The notes beneath the pieces were generated by a model. That model was not told the origin of the DNA, ran no database searches, and saw nothing but the letters and a program-made list of their open reading frames with translations. Shown in pieces: positions 58,563-64,000 of a stretch of DNA of 64,000 nucleotides. Position 1 is the first letter of the stretch. Each line of letters begins with the position of its first letter. Source of the DNA: a virus (lineage: Duplodnaviria > Heunggongvirae > Uroviricota > Caudoviricetes); the IMG/VR virus record IMGVR_UViG_2706794671_000006. One strand, written 5' to 3'. Both the position numbers and the translations under genes were made by a program.

Positions 58563-58649
58563 GGGGAGTTAGTCCGTAGAGGTAGCGGGGTAGACTGTAA
58601 ATCTACTGTCATTGCGACTCGGGTGGTTCGACTCTATCACTCCCCACCA
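58563..58649 (+). tRNA. tRNA-Tyr (anticodon GTA), type II with long variable arm
   Basis: Acceptor GGGGAGT/ACTCCCC, anticodon stem GTAGA/TCTAC with loop CTGTAAA, T-loop TTCGACT, 3' ACCA. Confidence 0.75.
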
Positions 58650-58653
58650 AATT

Positions 58654-58729
58654 GCCGATTTAGCTCAGTTGGTAGAGCAGTCGCTTTGTAAGCGAATGGT
58701 CATCGGTTCGATCCCGTTAATCGGCACCA
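58654..58729 (+). tRNA. tRNA-Thr (anticodon TGT)
   Basis: Acceptor GCCGATT/AATCGGC, D-arm GCTCAGTTGGTAGAGC, anticodon loop TTTGTAA, T-loop TTCGATC, 3' ACCA. Confidence 0.75.
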
Positions 58730-58734
58730 ACATA

Positions 58735-59215
58735 ATATTGAGAACATTGGCGTAACGGGGTCATATCCCAATCTATGAATAAATGTTGCGTTGCCGCGTG
58801 ACAACCAGTGTTCTCAACATTGTGGTGAATGCACAGGCTGATGTGCCGCAACTACAGTAGTGCGCGCTTTGCGGGGCTTGCTACAACCCTGTGTCGGAGA
58901 TCAGCGCCGACCATCACAATTTGGCTCTCTTGCAACAGCATAACGCTGAAATATGTCCAACCTGGTGCGGCCTGTTCACCCGCCGTTAGCTCCACGAAAC
59001 GGAGCGCACAACAGGTAAGAACATTTTCAGAGTTCGACTCTCTGAGTTGCCATTCGTGGTGGCACGCGAGACGTGAATGCTCTTTCCGTTGTGGTTGATG
59101 CGCAGACTGATGCGCGGAAAGAAATGCCCCAGCGACACACGAGGCGAGTTCACACACTGCAATGCAGTCAGTAGCCGGGGTCGCTAAGCCGGAGATCAGT
59201 ACCGGTAACCACAAC
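58735..59215 (+). other. ~480 nt highly structured non-coding spacer between tRNA-Thr and tRNA-Ser
   Basis: Multiple hairpins (GCACAGGCTGATGTGCC, GCGCAGACTGATGCGCG, GCTCC-ACGAAAC-GGAGC) and a T-loop-like CAGAG-TTCGACT-CTCTG without acceptor stem. Confidence 0.4.
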
Positions 59216-59219
59216 GACT

Positions 59220-59306
59220 GGAGAGTAGGGAGCATGGTGCTCAAGCGGTCTTGAAAACCGTCCCATTGCGCAAGCGATGATGGTTCGATTCCATTACTCT
59301 CCGCCA
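59220..59306 (+). tRNA. tRNA-Ser (anticodon TGA), type II; unusual D-arm
   Basis: Acceptor GGAGAGT/ACTCTCC, anticodon loop CTTGAAA, T-loop TTCGATT, 3' GCCA; D-arm GAGC-ATGGT-GCTC is non-canonical. Confidence 0.6.
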
Positions 59307-59308
59307 GA

Positions 59309-59386
59309 CACAGCGTTGAGCGGTTTGGCCTTTTAATCAACTCGATTAAGACTCCGCTAACATAAACCAGACCGCTCAACGCTGTG
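59309..59386 (+). repeat. perfect 16-17 bp inverted repeat (CACAGCGTTGAGCGGT / ACCGCTCAACGCTGTG) with ~46-nt spacer immediately 3' of tRNA-Ser
   Basis: Read directly; spacer contains GGCCTTTT. Confidence 0.7.
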
Positions 59387-59531
59387 TGTGAAATTCCACA
59401 TATTTTACACATATCCATTTACGCAATTTTTATTGTTCTTTCATACATTACTCTTATATTTTATTGTCGTTTTTTAACTGCTAAAATCGATACGATTTTA
59501 GCTAAAGTTTATCGTTAAAGGAGTAACGATT

Positions 59532-61445
59532 ATGTCATTCATTGACTATGATATTTTGTCAGCATCATCAAGCAAAGAGCTTAGAGAAAAACTTGCGGAG
59601 AAAATCGCAGAGGGTTGGCAACCTTTCGAGTCACCAAACATTGTTGAACCAAGTAAGGGCGGACCAAATGCGTACAATCAAGCAATTGTGCGATCTGGTG
59701 ATTTATCACAATTGCCCACACCGGTATCAAATGAAGATGAAGAGCCTGACTATTATTATGTAGTTACTATCGCAGGTCAATCCAACTCAATGTCATACGG
59801 CGAAGGACTGCCTATGCCAAAAACTTTTGATCGGCCACATCCTCGCGTAAAACAGTTAGCTCGACGCAGCAATATTAAACCAGGTGGTTTTGCCTGTAAG
59901 TACAATGAAATAATTCCCGCTGATCACTGTCTTCATGATGTACAAGACATGACTAAATTCAAGCATCCAAAAGCAAACGACTCTGAATATGGATGTGTTG
60001 GTCAGGGACTACACATTGGCAAAAAACTATTACCATTCATTCCAGCAAACGCAGGTATTTTGCTCGTTCCTTGCGGAAGAGGTGGTTCTGGTTTCACTGT
60101 TACAGGCTCTGAAGGCCAATATTATGAAGAGTCAGGTGCAATCGAATCATCTTTAAAATGGGGATTAAATACTCCTTTGTATAAGGATATTGTAGCCAGA
60201 ACAAAAGCGGCCTTAAGTAAAAACAAAAAGAATGTATTTCTTGGTGTTGTCTGGATGCAAGGCGAAGCTGATTTGGCAACTGGCAAGTACTCGCAGCATA
60301 ACGAACTGTTCCTCAAGATGGTCGAAGGTTTCAGAAAAGAGCTATCTCAATACGACGCACAATGTGTTTTCGGAAGTGCTGCAAATGTACCCTGGATTTG
60401 TGGCGATACGACCCACTGGTGGAAAAACAAATATCCAAAACAGTACGAAATTGTTTATGGTGGTTATAAGGGAAAAACCTCACAAGCAATTTATTTCGTT
60501 CCATTCATGAAAGATGAGAATGATAATAACGTATTAACCAATAGCCCTACAGATGATCCAGACATCACATCTATTGGCTATTATGGTTCCGGTCATCGCA
60601 AGGATAATAAAACATGGACTTCCGAGAGTAGAGAGAGTCATTTTGGTTCATGGCAGCGACGCGGAATAATATCTGATCGTCTCGCAACTGCGCTGCTTGC
60701 ACATTCAGCGAAATCATCTGCTTTTGTGAATGGCGTTACAGGTGAGATTATTAAACAAGAACAACCTACTCAACCTAAAAATGACAACATTGTCACAACT
60801 CCAACCCCGCGAACGGTTATTTCCTTAACTGGAGCTGGTGGTGATGTCGCTACTGAACAAGGATGGACTGTAACTGGTGCAAATATTCAGTCAGTTGAAA
60901 ACGGAAAAGCAATTGCTTTAACTAAAGCGGTTTCCAACGAAACTTGGACGATCAGTAAAGCTACTGACATAGCACAGGCTCTTCTTGAGAATGGAGGTAA
61001 ATTACTTTGTAAGTTTAAATTATCTGGAAACCCTGATCCAAAAAAAGCTAAGTTTGGCTTTGGTATATATTACAAAACCAGTAAACCTGTTGCTGACGAT
61101 ATATCATTCGACGGTACTGGGAGCCTGTTTCTGGCTAACTTCTTCCTTCAAACAATTGGAGGCAAGTTGAACATTATGATGCACAGGACAGGCAATAATC
61201 GAAATGTTCAGATAGACTCATATGGTGACTACGACAACAATTGGCACACTCTTGAGTTGCAATATGAGAAAGGCACAGGAACTGTAATTCCCGTTCTCGA
61301 TGGCAAGGCGGGGAGTAAATTCAAGCTGGTTAAAGACAATATTGCTCTTGGTGATGAGGCTTTTGTTTTAACAGATATAACAAACAACCAAACTCATGAT
61401 CTTGCTATCGAAACACTTACCATTAGCATCAACAACCCAACCTAA
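59532..61445 (+). CDS. SGNH/GDSL-type carbohydrate esterase with C-terminal lectin-like domain (putative)
   Basis: Block I VVTIAGQSNSMSYG; VVWMQGEAD block; beta-rich C-terminal ~230 aa. Confidence 0.5.
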   Translation: MSFIDYDILSASSSKELREKLAEKIAEGWQPFESPNIVEPSKGGPNAYNQAIVRSGDLSQLPTPVSNEDEEPDYYYVVTIAGQSNSMSYGEGLPMPKTFDRPHPRVKQLARRSNIKPGGFACKYNEIIPADHCLHDVQDMTKFKHPKANDSEYGCVGQGLHIGKKLLPFIPANAGILLVPCGRGGSGFTVTGSEGQYYEESGAIESSLKWGLNTPLYKDIVARTKAALSKNKKNVFLGVVWMQGEADLATGKYSQHNELFLKMVEGFRKELSQYDAQCVFGSAANVPWICGDTTHWWKNKYPKQYEIVYGGYKGKTSQAIYFVPFMKDENDNNVLTNSPTDDPDITSIGYYGSGHRKDNKTWTSESRESHFGSWQRRGIISDRLATALLAHSAKSSAFVNGVTGEIIKQEQPTQPKNDNIVTTPTPRTVISLTGAGGDVATEQGWTVTGANIQSVENGKAIALTKAVSNETWTISKATDIAQALLENGGKLLCKFKLSGNPDPKKAKFGFGIYYKTSKPVADDISFDGTGSLFLANFFLQTIGGKLNIMMHRTGNNRNVQIDSYGDYDNNWHTLELQYEKGTGTVIPVLDGKAGSKFKLVKDNIALGDEAFVLTDITNNQTHDLAIETLTISINNPT

Positions 61446-61522
61446 CACAAAGTAACAGCCAGGCATGAAATTGCCTGGCTTCATATCGAATCAAATATTT
61501 AAAACTAGCTCTACAGAAAAAA

Positions 61523-61553
61523 ATGATTCCATACTCTTTAGGTATGGAATCAT
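61523..61553 (+). other. 12-bp perfect inverted repeat ATGATTCCATAC / GTATGGAATCAT upstream of recombinase gene
   Basis: Read directly; followed by TTTCC. Confidence 0.5.
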
Positions 61554-61652
61554 TTTCCGCATGAAAGATTTTAGCTTGATTCCAAAAGAATCAATGCCTA
61601 ATATACTGGTTACTTATACAGGTGATCAGCGTAACTAGGTGAATGCCAATAA

Positions 61653-62756
61653 ATGAAAAATAGCTTTGACAGAGCACGCGCAGCAGAAAACACCTCAAAA
61701 GAGGCAATTGAGTATCTCGAAAGAGCATCTCAAATGCAGGCCATTATGATCTCACAGATCAACAATAACATGATATTCTCGGACGCATTCATGTTATTCA
61801 CTCGCTTATCTCTGCTGATAACCAGACGTCGGCCAGAGATCGCTGTTCATTGTATTTTGATACATGTTTTGCCGCACATTGCTGATGTAAAAGTAAGTGA
61901 CATTAATAGGTTCATGGTTAACCAACTGGTCAACCCTCTAATATTGGATGGCAAAATTGTTATGGGCCGCCGCGTTTTCTCTCTGATGAAGCAGTTCCTT
62001 AGCTGGTGCGCCTTCCAGGGGATGATAGACGTGTCACCGTTAAACGATATGTCACTAAACAAAGTTGCCGGTGGCGCAAAGCCCACACCTCGCGAGCGGA
62101 AGCTGACCGACGCAGAGGTATGGGTGTTCTGGAATATATGGGACTACTTCAATGTGTGCGCTGGTACAAAATGGGCGGCCAGGCTATGTCTTGTATCAGC
62201 AAGACGACCTGACGAAGTACTGAGGGCTAAAAAAAGTGAGTTCAATCTTAAGCGTGGAGTTTGGAATCAAGGCAAGAGAAACAAGTCAGCACGTGAGCAT
62301 TCGCTACCTTTAAGCACATTAATGCGCACATGCATTGAAGAGTTGTTCGAATACGGTAAAGACAGCCAGTGGCTCGTGCCTTCGAATAAAAAAATCGGGA
62401 AAGACCTTCCTATGTCTAAAGTGGCAATAGCCCAGGCATTACGTCGTATTCTGGAACGACCAGAACTGATGGAGCTTGCGCCATTTACACCCCGAGATTT
62501 GCGCCGTACTGCGCGTAGTTACTTCCCAGCATTAGGCATAAGCCAGGAGGTATCACGCAAAATAATGAACCACAGTCTTGAGGGGATAGATCGGGTCTAC
62601 GACCGGCACGATTATATGGACGAGATGCGAGACGCCTTAGAAAGTTTCTCAACGTACATCGCATCAATCGTAGAGCAACCGGATTTAGACGAAATTGACC
62701 ACAAATTCAAGGGAGATCGTCTATCAACAGAGCTTATTCGTCTAAATTTTTCATAG
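61653..62756 (+). CDS. int: tyrosine recombinase / integrase
   Basis: C-terminal catalytic signature PRDLRRTARSYF...MNHSLEGIDRVYDRHDY; start uncertain. Confidence 0.75.
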   Translation: MKNSFDRARAAENTSKEAIEYLERASQMQAIMISQINNNMIFSDAFMLFTRLSLLITRRRPEIAVHCILIHVLPHIADVKVSDINRFMVNQLVNPLILDGKIVMGRRVFSLMKQFLSWCAFQGMIDVSPLNDMSLNKVAGGAKPTPRERKLTDAEVWVFWNIWDYFNVCAGTKWAARLCLVSARRPDEVLRAKKSEFNLKRGVWNQGKRNKSAREHSLPLSTLMRTCIEELFEYGKDSQWLVPSNKKIGKDLPMSKVAIAQALRRILERPELMELAPFTPRDLRRTARSYFPALGISQEVSRKIMNHSLEGIDRVYDRHDYMDEMRDALESFSTYIASIVEQPDLDEIDHKFKGDRLSTELIRLNFS

Positions 62757-63137
62757 AGACTTTATGGCCTCAACAACCTTTTGTGATGCGCCTTTCTCTT
62801 TACCGAATCGCTCGTTATATGCAGCAAGAACCTGTTTTTCGTCCTCGTTAAGAGGAGCGGTACCTTCTTTGTATAAAAATGCTGCGAGTTCAGGTTGGCG
62901 TTCTTCCAGCACCATCATCATAAGACGACTTGGCTCAATACCCAGCGCCAACGCCAGCGGACGAACCTTATCGATAGGCAAAGGAATTTTACCACTTTTA
63001 ATTAAAGAAAGGTTGTTGGCATTTTTATAACCAATAAGTCTGGCTATTTGGGCCTGACTCATAGGTGAGGATTCAATCAGCCCTGCGATAAAAGCAGCAT
63101 AGCGACTTTCTATAAATTCAATGTTTTTGTCAGACAT
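62751..63137 (-). CDS. XRE-family helix-turn-helix regulator (repressor candidate)
   Basis: HTH-like segment SQAQIARLIGYKNANNLSLIKSG; convergent with int, divergent from downstream AT-rich region. Confidence 0.6.
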   Translation of the reverse strand: MSDKNIEFIESRYAAFIAGLIESSPMSQAQIARLIGYKNANNLSLIKSGKIPLPIDKVRPLALALGIEPSRLMMMVLEERQPELAAFLYKEGTAPLNEDEKQVLAAYNERFGKEKGASQKVVEAIKSL

Positions 63138-63384
63138 TATTGCGACCTTTGCGCGTTAAACTCTCTGGTAAGTGCTTACCGATATTACATCAAAGGTTAG
63201 GGTTGTAAAGATATAATCATTTTTTCTACAGGCACAAATATTAACCAATCAGCATTCATTAATGGAGAAAAACGACTAATAACATGTAACAAAACTAACT
63301 CAGATATGATATAGATAAGTTCAATTATGATATAAGATTTAATAGTACTCCCTACCATATTTTAAGTTAGAATGGATTGATTGA

Positions 63385-63597
63385 ATGAAAACAACTATTT
63401 CCAGCCTAATCACTCTTGAGATCGGACACGTTGAAAAATTAGCTGATGAATGTGTAGCTGACATTCTCACCGAATTACCAAATGAGCAGATTCAGGTTGG
63501 TATGCATGACGCAACAGCCTTTATATTCCTACTTAATAACAAACGCTTCACGCTTATCAATACCGGCTCTGGCTCTTTAGCCGTCAGAACCTGTTAA
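63385..63597 (+). CDS. hypothetical small protein
   Basis: 70 aa ORF after AT-rich divergent region. Confidence 0.4.
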   Translation: MKTTISSLITLEIGHVEKLADECVADILTELPNEQIQVGMHDATAFIFLLNNKRFTLINTGSGSLAVRTC

Positions 63598-63664
63598 CCC
63601 CTCTGCTACCTGCGCGAATGGCTTAGTTCCCTGTTCGCGCAGTGCTACATTAAACACACTAGTA

Positions 63665-63680
63665 AATAATTTGTTTTCAT
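63665..63680 (+). promoter_or_regulatory. motif A (AATAATTTGTTTTCAT)
   Basis: 16 nt before the 63696 ATG, followed by AAAGGA RBS. Confidence 0.4.
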
Positions 63681-63695
63681 AACAAAGGATTAGCC

Positions 63696-64000
63696 ATGTC
63701 TAAAAAACGTTCCATCAAAGAGGTTCAGGACTTCCGTGACAGTGTAAAACGAGTAGTCGCTCTCCTTTCAGGTAAAAACATCCCTGTTGCAGAACGAGGA
63801 GACGACGCTTATGTACGCTATAACGATGATGGAGAGCCAATTCTCGTAAACATCCCATCAATTCCGGATAACGCAACACCGGCATTGATGAATGCTGTGC
63901 GCGGATTTCTCGATCATGAGGTTGCTCTCATTTTGTTTACCGATATTCGTGTCTCCAACAAAATGAGAGAAAAAGGACGCGTTCCTTCCCGGTCACTATG
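63696..64000 (+). CDS. hypothetical protein, 3' end beyond window
   Basis: ATG with AAAGGA RBS; frame open to window end. Confidence 0.5.
   Translation, partial: MSKKRSIKEVQDFRDSVKRVVALLSGKNIPVAERGDDAYVRYNDDGEPILVNIPSIPDNATPALMNAVRGFLDHEVALILFTDIRVSNKMREKGRVPSRSL

Noticed and set aside
59000-59060. Possible fifth tRNA suggested by the T-loop-like CAGAG-TTCGACT-CTCTG
   Set aside because: No complementary acceptor stem or anticodon arm could be built around it; more likely a tRNA remnant or an unrelated hairpin.
58388-59418. ORFs overlapping the tRNA genes and the structured spacer (58388-58612 minus, 58509-58691 plus, 58829-59098 plus, 58852-59418 minus)
   Set aside because: They run straight through tRNA sequences and hairpin-rich DNA, and one starts at TTG inside tRNA-Asn; RNA genes explain this region better.
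1-64000. CRISPR array, diversity-generating retroelement or retron
   Set aside because: No regularly spaced short direct repeats with unique spacers and no reverse-transcriptase-like ORF anywhere in the window, despite repeat-rich tail genes and structured non-coding RNA-like regions.
1-64000. Insertion sequence or transposon
   Set aside because: No transposase-like ORF; the inverted repeats found are short hairpins or operator-like palindromes without an enclosed transposase gene.

Overview
The first ~6.3 kb is an Escherichia-type chromosomal segment: a fimbrial operon on the minus strand (truncated usher, chaperone, major subunit), yehE-like, mrp/apbC, and metG on the plus strand. metG is interrupted by a run of 21 N flanked by a ~340 bp duplicated segment whose two copies differ at 9 positions, 8 of them synonymous. 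From ~6.3 kb to the window end (>57 kb, continuing past 64000) the sequence is a temperate siphovirus-like mobile element. In order it carries: an early block of small genes, each preceded by a palindromic motif; an AT-rich minus-strand accessory cluster; an SF2 helicase divergent from a ParB-ParB-ATPase-GNAT module; a complete packaging, head and lambda-like tail module (M-L-K-I-J-like order) with a tail fibre carrying a C-terminal intramolecular chaperone; a lysis cassette with overlapped spanins; a ParA-type partition pair; a replication module (DnaB-family helicase, primase, ATP-dependent ligase); a cluster of four tRNAs (Asn-GTT, Tyr-GTA, Thr-TGT, Ser-TGA) embedded in highly structured non-coding DNA; an SGNH-type esterase; and a tyrosine recombinase with a convergent XRE-family regulator. 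A partition system plus an autonomous replication module alongside a full virion module points to a phage-plasmid-like element, though here it is contiguous with the chromosome. The most distinctive signals are two families of recurrent intergenic palindromes, a ~47 bp direct repeat flanking the ~31 kb late/partition block, an ~0.8 kb AC-rich non-coding tract, and the structured tRNA region. No CRISPR array, reverse transcriptase or transposase was seen. All calls rest on motif recognition and gene context only; coordinates of short motifs are approximate to within a few nucleotides.
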